64,000 bases of DNA from Vicinamibacteria bacterium. Its GTDB lineage: Bacteria > Acidobacteriota > Vicinamibacteria > Marinacidobacterales > Marinacidobacteraceae. The notes under the pieces are model-generated. The model made no database searches. It was not told the DNA's origin and saw nothing but the letters and a program-made list of their open reading frames with translations. Below are positions 26,767 to 35,140 of the stretch, in pieces (position 1 is the first letter of the stretch; every line of letters begins with the position of its first letter). Location of the stretch: the NCBI GenBank assembly GCA_965199715.1, contig OZ241322.1:896001-960000 (forward strand), given 5' to 3'. The translations under genes were made by a program, and so were the position numbers.

Positions 26767-29745
26767 TCAACGGTCGGCTACGCCGGCGGCCGCCATCCGC
26801 TCGAGGAGCGCGTCGAGCTGCGCCCGCAGCTCCCGGTAGCGGTTCCGGGCGTCCGCGCCCGGCGGCTGGTCGGCGGCGTCGAGGTTGCCGGCGAGATACG
26901 CGATCTGGTCGCGCAACATCGGCTGCGAGTAGCGCATCGGGCGGGTCACGAGCTCCTCGTGGAGCGCCCGGACCTCGTCGCCGCCGTCGTCGAGCGCCGC
27001 GTCGAGTCGCGCCGACGCCAGGTTCGCCTCGCTGAGCGCGTCGCGGGCGAGGAGCGCGAGCTCCACCTGGTCGCGGACCTGCTCGGCGGTCACCCAGCCC
27101 TCGCGCACGACGCGGGGATCCATCCGCAGGCGGAAGTCGCGGGTCGCCGCGTAGTCGCCGGCCACGAGTTCGACCGTGTAGCGGCCCGGCGCGGCGAGGA
27201 CGCCCCGTCCGGTCGGCGCGCCGCCGCCGTTCCGGGCGCCGTCGTGGCGCATGTCCCACGGGAAGCGGTGGGTTCCGGCGGTCGTCGGAACCGTGGGCGC
27301 GCCCCGGGCGAACCGCCCCGGCGCGCGCATGGCCTGCTCGGTCCCGGCGGTGGTTCCCGGCCCTCCGCTCTCGAAGCGGCGGACGACCTCGCCGCTCTCG
27401 TCGCGCACCGTGATCGAGGCCGAGTCCACGTCCCCGGCGAGCCGGAAGGTGAACCGGGGGCCGGGCGTCGGGTATTCGGGGTCGGACGGCGCGGCCCGTC
27501 CGCCGAAGCCGCCCGACGTCCGGCGCCGCACCGCGTCGCGCACGCCGAAGAAGTGCGTCCCGGACGCGGCCTCATGCAGCGGGGTCACGTCGTCGAGGAT
27601 CCAGAACCCGCGCCCCATCGTGGAGAGCACGAGGTCGTCCCGGACGACCTTGACGTCGCTGACGGGGGTCACCGGGAGGTTCTGCTGGAAGGAGGTCCAG
27701 CTCGCGCCGTCGTCGAGCGAGACGTACATGCCCCACTCGCCGCCGAGGTAGAGGAGACCCTCGCGCCCCGGATCCTCGCGGATCACGCGCACCGGGAAGT
27801 TCTCCGGGAGGCCGTCCCGGATCCGGGTCCACGACTCGCCGTAGTCGGTCGTCCGGTAGGCGTGGGGCGTGAAGTCGCCCAACTGGTAGCGGAGGATCGC
27901 CGCGTAGGCCTTCGCCGGGTCGTGCGGCGAGACCTCGATGTTCTGGACCCGGCCGTAGGGGCCGATCCCGGACGGGGTGACCTCCTTCCACGTCTGGCCG
28001 CCGTCCTTCGAGATGTGGATCGGGCCGTCGTTCGCGCCCGCCCAGAGCACGCCCTCCTCGTGCGGCGACTCCTGCACGTCGTAGAGCGCGGCGAAGTGCT
28101 CCTCGCCGGTCACGTCGAGGGTGATCGGGTCGCCGGAGACGACCTGGGTCTCCTCGGTGAACGCGGTCAGGTCGGGGGAGATCGTCCGCCACGTCCGGCC
28201 CCCGTTCTCGGTGACGTGCACGAACTGCGAGCCGTGATAGACGCGGTTCGGGTCGTGCGGCGAGACGTGGATCGGCACGGTGCGCTGGAACCGGAACTGG
28301 AGGTCCCTCGGGTTGTGCCCGTAGATGTTCCAGAAGCCGACGTAGTACTGCTCCTCCTGACCGGTGCGGGCGTTGTAGAGGCCGAAGCGCCCCTTGCAAT
28401 TCGCGTACACCACGTCGGGGTCGCCGGGCTTCGGGACCACCGGGCCGGTCTCGCAGCCGCCGATGGCCTCCCAGTGGGCGGTGGGGCCGCCGGGGCGGTA
28501 GTGCGACGGCAAGCTCGGCACCGAGATCGTGGAGTTGTCCTGCTGGCCGGCGTAGAGCCGGTAGGGGAAGTCGTCGCTCACGTCCACCTGGTAGAGCTCG
28601 GCGGTGGCCTGGTTCTCCTGCGTGGACCACGTCTCCCCGCCGTCGAGGGTCACGTTGGCGCCGCCGTCGTTCGCCTGGATCTGGATATCGGGCTCGTCCG
28701 GGTTGATCCACAGGTCGTGGTTGTCGCCGTGCGGGGTGAACTTGCGCTCCCAGGTCTCGCCGCCGTCGGTGGACTTGAAGTAGCCCTCGGCCATGCCCCA
28801 GAGCGTGTCCGGGTCGGTCGGGTGGGCGTGGAGGTTCGTGTAGTAGAAGGGGCGGTTGCGGATCGGCTGGAAGTCGCTGACCTGCCGCCACGAATCGCCC
28901 TCGTCGTCGGAGCGATAGACCCCGCCCTCGGAGCCGGGCGCTTCGATCAGGATGTACACGCGCGACGGATCCGCCGCCGAGACCGCGAGGTCCGACTTGC
29001 CCCGCAGCCCCGTGGGGAGGCCGTTTTCGAGCCGCTCCCAGGCGTCGCCGCCGTCGCGGGAGCGGTGCGCGCCGCCCTCCATGCCGCCGGAGTTGATCGT
29101 CCACGGCTTGCGCTCGGCCTCCCAGCTCGACGCGTAGATCGTGTCGGGATCGCCGGGCTTGAACTCGAGATCGACCGCGCCGGTCTGCTCGGAGATGAAC
29201 ATCACGAGCTCCCAGCTCGCGCCGCCGTCGCGGGTCCGATAGACGCCGCGCTCCGGGTTCGCGGCGAAGGGGTTGCCGATGGCGGCGACCCACGCGGTCT
29301 CGGGGTCGTCCGGGTGGATCAGCACCGCGCCGGAGTTGCCGGTGTTCTCGAGGCCGACGTGGCGCCACGTCTCGCCGGCGTCGTCGGAGCGGTACACGCC
29401 CCTGCCGATGATGACGTTGCTGCGCAGCCCGTCGGAGCCGGTCGAGACGTAGATGACGTCGGGGTCGCTCTCGGCCACGGCGATCGCGCCGATGGACGGA
29501 GTCGCGAAGTACCCGTCGGAGATCGGGCGCCAGTTGTGCCCGTAGTCGGTCGTCTTGAACATGCCGCCGCCGGTCGCGCCCATGTAGAACGTGCCGGGCC
29601 GCGCCGGGTGGCCGGCGACGGCGGTGACGCGCCCGCCGCGGGACGGGCCGACGTACCGGTAGCGCATCGCGTCCAGCAGGTCCGCGTCGGGCTGGGCGCT
29701 CGCGGTTCCGGCGAGGAGCAGGGCGAGGGACAGCAACTTCCGCAT
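26767..29745 (-). CDS. VPS10/sortilin-like BNR-repeat glycosyl hydrolase family protein
   Basis: Signal peptide; GPSRGGRV; many SxDxGxTW Asp-box repeats; PHGDNHDLWI; ISPDLT. Confidence 0.88.
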   Translation of the reverse strand: MRKLLSLALLLAGTASAQPDADLLDAMRYRYVGPSRGGRVTAVAGHPARPGTFYMGATGGGMFKTTDYGHNWRPISDGYFATPSIGAIAVAESDPDVIYVSTGSDGLRSNVIIGRGVYRSDDAGETWRHVGLENTGNSGAVLIHPDDPETAWVAAIGNPFAANPERGVYRTRDGGASWELVMFISEQTGAVDLEFKPGDPDTIYASSWEAERKPWTINSGGMEGGAHRSRDGGDAWERLENGLPTGLRGKSDLAVSAADPSRVYILIEAPGSEGGVYRSDDEGDSWRQVSDFQPIRNRPFYYTNLHAHPTDPDTLWGMAEGYFKSTDGGETWERKFTPHGDNHDLWINPDEPDIQIQANDGGANVTLDGGETWSTQENQATAELYQVDVSDDFPYRLYAGQQDNSTISVPSLPSHYRPGGPTAHWEAIGGCETGPVVPKPGDPDVVYANCKGRFGLYNARTGQEEQYYVGFWNIYGHNPRDLQFRFQRTVPIHVSPHDPNRVYHGSQFVHVTENGGRTWRTISPDLTAFTEETQVVSGDPITLDVTGEEHFAALYDVQESPHEEGVLWAGANDGPIHISKDGGQTWKEVTPSGIGPYGRVQNIEVSPHDPAKAYAAILRYQLGDFTPHAYRTTDYGESWTRIRDGLPENFPVRVIREDPGREGLLYLGGEWGMYVSLDDGASWTSFQQNLPVTPVSDVKVVRDDLVLSTMGRGFWILDDVTPLHEAASGTHFFGVRDAVRRRTSGGFGGRAAPSDPEYPTPGPRFTFRLAGDVDSASITVRDESGEVVRRFESGGPGTTAGTEQAMRAPGRFARGAPTVPTTAGTHRFPWDMRHDGARNGGGAPTGRGVLAAPGRYTVELVAGDYAATRDFRLRMDPRVVREGWVTAEQVRDQVELALLARDALSEANLASARLDAALDDGGDEVRALHEELVTRPMRYSQPMLRDQIAYLAGNLDAADQPPGADARNRYRELRAQLDALLERMAAAGVADR

Positions 29746-29787
29746 GACGATTCTCCCGGGCCGCCGGCTGCGGCCGAACGGGGGATC

Positions 29788-30114
29788 TTACCGGGGTCGG
29801 CGCCGCGGAATCCGCCGCCGATCCGGCGGGCGACGGGGCGGTTGCGGCCGCGCTCCGAGCGTTCGCGGGACGAGGACGCGAGGCCGGACGGGACGCCGGA
29901 TCCGCCGCCGCGCGGGGGGCCGGTCGGGCTTCGCGACCCGCGGCGCGACCTCGTAACGGGTCACGCCGAGCCCTCCGACGTCCGCGATCGCGGCCCAGCC
30001 GGGCTCCCAGCCGGTGAGGAAGTCCCACTGGTCCTTGTCCACGTCGGCGATCGTCGTGACCAGCATCGGCTCCTGGGCCGGAGCCGCGAGCAGGAGCAGC
30101 GCGAGGAGCTTCAT
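29788..30114 (-). pseudogene. Short secreted-protein remnant
   Basis: MKLLALLLLAAPAQEP signal-like start, then about 55 plausible residues before off-frame-looking Arg/Pro sequence. Confidence 0.3.
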
Positions 30115-30161
30115 GTCCGGTGCGGTGCAAACCCCGTTCCGCTGCGGATAGGCTCTCGCGC

Positions 30162-31154
30162 ATGATCCGGACCGCACGCTTCCTCGCGCCGCTCCTCCTC
30201 CTCGCGGCGCCCCTCGCCTCGGCCCAGTCGGGTTCCGAGAGCCGGCTCGAAGCCGAATGGGCGCGGCTCGAACCGCTGTCCGGGGGCAAGATGGGCCTCG
30301 CGGCGATCCACGTGGAGACCGGCAGGACCGCGTACCTGAACGCCGACGAGGCGTTCCCGATGGCGAGCACCTACAAGGTGCCGATCGCGGTGGAGCTGCT
30401 GCGCCGCGTCGATGAGGGCGAGCTCGCGCTCGACGACATGATCGACCTGGACCTCTCGGACCTCTCGCCGGGCAGCGGCACGCTGAGCCGCCTGTTCGAC
30501 GATCCCGGCGTGTCGCTCTCCATCCTGAACCTGATGGAGCTGATGCTGCTCATCAGCGACAACTCGGCGACCGACCTGTGCCTCAAGGCCGCCGGCGGAG
30601 CCGAGCGGGTGACCGCCCGAATGGGCGAGCTCGGCGTGGAGGGAGTCCACGTGGCCCGCTCGACCGCCGACCTCATCACCGAGTACGTCGGGGCGGAGGG
30701 GCTGCCGCCCCGCGCCGAGCGGACCCGCGCGACCTACGCCCAGCACTACGGCCAGGTGTCCGAGGAGGCTCGCGCGGCGGCGCTCGAGCGCTTCGAGGCC
30801 GACCCGCGCGACACGGCCACGCCCCGGGGCATGGCCGACCTGCTCGTGAAGGTCCACGCCGGCGAGGGGCTGTCGCGGGCCAGCCGCGACCTGCTCATCG
30901 ACGTCATGGAGCGCTGCGAGACCGGCGCCGGGCGGCTCAAGGGCCGGCTTCCCGAGGGGACGGTGGTCGCCCACAAGACCGGGACCATCGGCCGCGCGAC
31001 GAATGACGTGGGGATCGTCTATCTGCCCGGCGCGGCCGGCCATGTGGCGATGGTCGCGTTCGTCAAGGAATCGGACCAGCCGGTTCCCGACCGGGAGCGA
31101 GCCATCGCGGAGGCCGCCCGCGCCGCCTACGACTACTTCCTGTTCGTTCCCTGA
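30162..31154 (+). CDS. Class A beta-lactamase-like serine hydrolase
   Basis: FPMASTYK (SxxK), SDN, HKTG, RDTATP; signal peptide; Glu166 equivalent not evident. Confidence 0.85.
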   Translation: MIRTARFLAPLLLLAAPLASAQSGSESRLEAEWARLEPLSGGKMGLAAIHVETGRTAYLNADEAFPMASTYKVPIAVELLRRVDEGELALDDMIDLDLSDLSPGSGTLSRLFDDPGVSLSILNLMELMLLISDNSATDLCLKAAGGAERVTARMGELGVEGVHVARSTADLITEYVGAEGLPPRAERTRATYAQHYGQVSEEARAAALERFEADPRDTATPRGMADLLVKVHAGEGLSRASRDLLIDVMERCETGAGRLKGRLPEGTVVAHKTGTIGRATNDVGIVYLPGAAGHVAMVAFVKESDQPVPDRERAIAEAARAAYDYFLFVP

Positions 31155-31155
31155 C

Positions 31156-31824
31156 CTACTCCGGGCGGAGGCGAGCCTCCAGCTCCCGGAGCCGCTCCTC
31201 GAATTGCGCGAGCCGCGCCTCGAGCGCGTCGCCCCACTCGCCGCCGATGCGCTCGCGCAGGTCGGCGAAGCGCGTCTGGAGCCCGGAGAGATCGATCTTC
31301 TCCATGCTCTCGAGGACGTCGGCGCGCAGTTCTTCCGAGTCGATGTCGAAGTAAATCTCCCGGGCGCCCTCGTGGGAGAACCACGACCCGCCCTCGCGCT
31401 CGTCGAGCGTCGCGGTGAGGCTCATCGGCGACCCCTCGCGCACCAGCGCGATCTCGGCCTCGTCCCCGGCCTCCATGCGCCGGACCGCCCGGCGCAGGTC
31501 GCCGGCGTCCTCGATCTCGTGCTCGCCGACCCGGGTGACCACGTCGCCGACGCGGATTCCGGCCGCTTCGGCCGGGCTCGCCTCGGACACGCTTCCGATC
31601 AGGACGCCGGAGTCGGGGCCGGCCCCGTAGAACTCCTTGAGCTCGTCGGTGAGGTTCATCGCGCGCACGCCGAGGTGGCTGCCCCCGGAGAACGCGACCA
31701 TCACCCTGGGGCGCTCGGTCTCGACGCGCAACCGCATCTCCTCGGCGCGATGGTCCGGCTGCGCCGCGGCCGCGGCCGGCAGGAGCAGGAGCGCGGGCGC
31801 GATCGTCTTCAGGGTCATCGTCAT
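31156..31824 (-). CDS. Secreted PDZ domain protein with C-terminal coiled coil
   Basis: Signal peptide; HLGV, GVLI..V...SPAEAAGIRVGDVV; heptad-like C-terminus. Confidence 0.8.
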   Translation of the reverse strand: MTMTLKTIAPALLLLPAAAAAQPDHRAEEMRLRVETERPRVMVAFSGGSHLGVRAMNLTDELKEFYGAGPDSGVLIGSVSEASPAEAAGIRVGDVVTRVGEHEIEDAGDLRRAVRRMEAGDEAEIALVREGSPMSLTATLDEREGGSWFSHEGAREIYFDIDSEELRADVLESMEKIDLSGLQTRFADLRERIGGEWGDALEARLAQFEERLRELEARLRPE

Positions 31825-31834
31825 GTCTCCTCGT

Positions 31835-32251
31835 TCAGCGTCGCCGCTGCGAAACCGGGACCACCCGCTCGGGCGGGCGCTCCCAAAGGGACCTCACGTC
31901 CAGAAACAGGTCGAGGTCGTCGTGCGCTCCGAAGGGCACGACCGGTTCGGCGGAAAGCCGGCGCGCCCGGTCGAGCTCCTCGAGGAGGAGCCGGTAGTCC
32001 TCCCGCAGCGCTTCCAGCTCCCGCAAGTCGGGATCGGCGGCGACGAGCGCCGGCTCGGGGACGACGGCCGAGCGCGCCGCGAACGCTCCCGCGATCAGGG
32101 CCGACGCCGCCACCGCGAGCGTCCAGAAGCGGCGGCGGCGTTCGCGCCGCACCCGCGCCATCACCCGGTCGGCGAACCCCGGAGGCGGAGCCTCGTCGGT
32201 TCGCTTCATGTCCCGCAGCGCCCCCTTGAGCGCGTCGTCGGCGAGTTTCAC
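31835..32251 (-). CDS. Putative membrane anti-sigma factor
   Basis: GTG overlaps the sigma stop; PPPGFADRVMARV, then Arg run, TM helix and short periplasmic domain. Confidence 0.65.
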   Translation of the reverse strand: MKLADDALKGALRDMKRTDEAPPPGFADRVMARVRRERRRRFWTLAVAASALIAGAFAARSAVVPEPALVAADPDLRELEALREDYRLLLEELDRARRLSAEPVVPFGAHDDLDLFLDVRSLWERPPERVVPVSQRRR

Positions 32252-32880
32252 GAGGCCGCCTCCTCGAAAGCGTGGGAGAGGAGGTTCCGAAGCCGCCGCA
32301 GCCCCCGGTGGGCGCGGGTCTTCGCGGTGTTTTCCTTGATGTGGAGCGATCCGGCGATCTCGCGGTAGGACCAGCCCTCGACGTAGCGCAGGATCACCGC
32401 CTCGCGGAAGTCCCCGGGGAGGAGCGCGAGCGCGTTCCGCAGCGCGCGCCGCAGCTCGGCTCGAAACGCCTCCGTCTCGGGCGCCGGCGCGGCGTCGTCC
32501 CGGATGGTCTCGCGGAGAACCTCGCTCTCGACCGGGACGTGCGTACCCCGGCGCTTGCGGCGGCGAAGCTCGCTGCGGACGAGGTTCGAGGCGATGCGGA
32601 ACAGCCACGACTCGAAGCGCCCGCTTTCACGGTACCGCCGCGCGGCGCGGAACGCCCGCACGAACGTCTCCTGCGCGAGATCGGCGGCGGTCTCCGGCTC
32701 GCCCAGCTGGTTGCGGACGAAGCCGAAGACGCGGCGCTCGTACCGCTTCACCAGCGGCGCGAAGGCCTCCGCGTCTCCCGAGCGCACGCGCTCCATGAGC
32801 TCGGCGTCGGTGCGTTCGCCGGCCGCGGCCTCGCCTTCCAGCCGGAAGGGCGCCACGGAAGCCAACTCGGGAACCATCAT
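32248..32880 (-). CDS. ECF sigma-70 factor
   Basis: GDAEAF..LVKRY, AADLAQETF, F.SWLFRIA.N, EGWSYREIA...NTAKTRAHR. Confidence 0.92.
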   Translation of the reverse strand: MMVPELASVAPFRLEGEAAAGERTDAELMERVRSGDAEAFAPLVKRYERRVFGFVRNQLGEPETAADLAQETFVRAFRAARRYRESGRFESWLFRIASNLVRSELRRRKRRGTHVPVESEVLRETIRDDAAPAPETEAFRAELRRALRNALALLPGDFREAVILRYVEGWSYREIAGSLHIKENTAKTRAHRGLRRLRNLLSHAFEEAAS

Positions 32881-32938
32881 GGGACGTGCAGCGGAAAACG
32901 CCGCGCGCGCCGGATGGTTCCCGGCGGCTCCGGGCAAA

Positions 32939-33502
32939 TCAGGATCCGAGCGTCGCCTCGTAGGCCATGCCGCCCCACGAGAACCGGATCACGCCGGCGC
33001 CCATCTCGATCTCGAAGACGTCGCCGCCCGAAGCGGACGACTCCCGAAGCGGGATGCGGGCCACCTCGTCGGACTCGATGGCGGCGTAGCCGTCGAGCCG
33101 CGGCCACATGGCCTCGCGCATCGCCTCCGGCGCCTCGGACCAGAGCTCGCCGAGCGCGATGCCCTGGTTCTTGTTCACGAGGAGCATCCACGACCCGCCG
33201 TCGGGGATCCGCAGATACAGGCTGTAGCGCCCCGTCGGGATCCTCATTCCGCCGATCATGAGGTCGGCCGAAGTCTCGAGGATGGTCACCTCGTTCTCGC
33301 CGGCCCGCCAGACGCGGTCCTCGGGAAGCATGGCGAAGAGGTCGTCGAGCGCCCGCCCGCCGAGATCGGGGCGCCCGTAGTCCACCATGACGGCGGCGGA
33401 GCCCACGGCGGCCTTGACCTCGCCCCGTGGCAGCGCGTCCTGCGCGGCGAGGCCGGCGGGGAGCGCGAGAAGGAGCGCGGTGAGAAGAATGCGTCGGAAC
33501 AT
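32939..33502 (-). CDS. DUF2911 domain protein
   Basis: VDYGRP, VWRAGENE.T, G.YSLY..P, W.L.VNK. Confidence 0.8.
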   Translation of the reverse strand: MFRRILLTALLLALPAGLAAQDALPRGEVKAAVGSAAVMVDYGRPDLGGRALDDLFAMLPEDRVWRAGENEVTILETSADLMIGGMRIPTGRYSLYLRIPDGGSWMLLVNKNQGIALGELWSEAPEAMREAMWPRLDGYAAIESDEVARIPLRESSASGGDVFEIEMGAGVIRFSWGGMAYEATLGS

Positions 33503-33521
33503 GTCGGTTCTCCAGTGAGGG

Positions 33522-34055
33522 TCAGGATCCGCCGTGCAGCATGGCGTACACCACGAGTCCGGTGATCGCGACGAAAATCCAGATCGGCGCGGCGACCCGC
33601 GCCCACCGCCGGTGGGCGGCGAAGCGGCGGCTCACGGCCAGCGCGGCCGCGGTCAGCACCAGCGGGAGCGCGAGCGCCGACGAGACGACGTGCGAGATGA
33701 GGACGGTGAAGTAGATGGGGCGCAGGACGCCGGTTCCCGCGTAGGGCGTGTCGCCCTGGAAGTAGTGGTAGGTGGCGTAGCTCAGAAGGAAGACGGCCTC
33801 GGCGACGAGCGCGCCGGACAGGAGGCCGATGTGGAGGTTCCGCCGCCCCGAGCGGATCGCGGCCACCCCGAGCGAGACCAGCACGAGCGTGGTGGCGTTC
33901 AGGCTCGCGTTGAACCCGGGCAGCGACGCGGTCCAGTCGGGGACGAGCGCCGGTTCGCCGCGCCCGTAGAGCATCCACATGAGGGCGGCGAACACGAACC
34001 CGCTCGCGACGAACGCGGTGCGCACGATCCGGCGATCCTCGGCGGCTACGGCCAT
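33522..34055 (-). CDS. DUF420 membrane protein
   Basis: LP..NASLN, FLLSY..YH, YF.VLISH, H+RWAR..APIW..VAITG..VY.ML. Confidence 0.85.
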   Translation of the reverse strand: MAVAAEDRRIVRTAFVASGFVFAALMWMLYGRGEPALVPDWTASLPGFNASLNATTLVLVSLGVAAIRSGRRNLHIGLLSGALVAEAVFLLSYATYHYFQGDTPYAGTGVLRPIYFTVLISHVVSSALALPLVLTAAALAVSRRFAAHRRWARVAAPIWIFVAITGLVVYAMLHGGS

Positions 34056-34158
34056 CGCCGGGAGCTTACGCCGTGGGGCGGGGGTCAGCCGATCCGGAAC
34101 GCCAAGGCGGAGTACGGAATTTGTTTATCCTTACTCTTGGAATACCAGGGAGGCGGCC

Positions 34159-34383
34159 ATGCTCGCGAAATTGACCTCGAAGAACCAGCTCACCCTGCCG
34201 AAGGCGATCGTCTCCACGGTTCCGGCGACACGCTATTTCGACGTGACCGCCGAGAACGGCCGGATCGTCCTGACTCCAGTCCGGATCGGCCGCGCCGACG
34301 CCGTACGCGAAACGCTCGCCGGACTCGGAATCTCGGAGACCGACGTCGCGGATGCGGTGGCGTGGGCGCGAAGACGCGAATGA
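34159..34383 (+). CDS. AbrB/MazE/SpoVT-family antitoxin
   Basis: RBS GGAGG; MLAKLTSKNQLTLPK...GRIVLTPV; stop overlaps the toxin ATG. Confidence 0.88.
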   Translation: MLAKLTSKNQLTLPKAIVSTVPATRYFDVTAENGRIVLTPVRIGRADAVRETLAGLGISETDVADAVAWARRRE

Positions 34384-34805
34384 CGCCGACCCGCGTCGTC
34401 CTCGACACGAACGTGGTCGTGTCGGCGCTCGTGTTTCGCGGTTCCCTCGCCTGGTACCGGCAAGCGTGGACGGAAGGGCCGTTGCGCCCGCTCGCGAGCC
34501 GGGCGACCGCCCTCGAGTTGATCCGGGCGCTGGCCTACCCGAAATTCCGTTTGAACGCAGCGGCGCGGCGCGAGTTGATCCACGACTGGTTCCCGTACTG
34601 CGAAGCCGTCCGCATCCCCATTCCGCCGCCAGCTACGCCGAAATGCCGCGACCCGGCCGACCAGTCGTTCCTCGAGCTGGCGATCGCCGGCAAGGCCGAT
34701 GCGCTCGTCAGCGGCGACGCCGACCTGCTCGCCCTCGGCGACGTCTTCTCCGTTCCCATCCGGTCCCCCGGCGCCTTTCGGGCTCGCATGGATCCACGGC
34801 GCTGA
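34380..34805 (+). CDS. PIN-family toxin
   Basis: RVVLDTNVVVSAL, CRDPAD..FLELA, LVSGD.DLL. Confidence 0.9.
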   Translation: MTPTRVVLDTNVVVSALVFRGSLAWYRQAWTEGPLRPLASRATALELIRALAYPKFRLNAAARRELIHDWFPYCEAVRIPIPPPATPKCRDPADQSFLELAIAGKADALVSGDADLLALGDVFSVPIRSPGAFRARMDPRR

Positions 34806-34994
34806 GCCTCGGACAGCCTCCCCGACCATGGTCCGCATCTCTCCGCGTCGAGGTGGGCGACTGTCCATCCAGCCGCCGGCTCGTCTTCCCGGCGCCTCCG
34901 CCATCACGCTCGTGCTGACGCTCATGCCGCCCTCCCGGAAGCATGGGGTCCGCCGCACGCAAGCGGCATGTCCGGGGACTCGGGGAGGTGCGCC

Positions 34995-35140
34995 ATGATC
35001 CTCAAGCAGCGAGTCGTCAAGGACGATCGTCACCGCGGCCGCGAGACCGAGCGGGAGCGCCGGGCGCGCATCCTCGACGAGGTCCTTGCGGACATCCGCA
35101 AGAACCACCCGGGCTTTCGCGTCGCCGACAGCGTCAGCCG
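34995..35140 (+). pseudogene. Possible orphan antitoxin-like remnant
   Basis: RBS GGAGGTG then MILKQRVVKDD...ARILDEVLADIRKNHPGFRVADSVSR; frame runs into the convergent OPT gene with no nearby stop. Confidence 0.3.
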
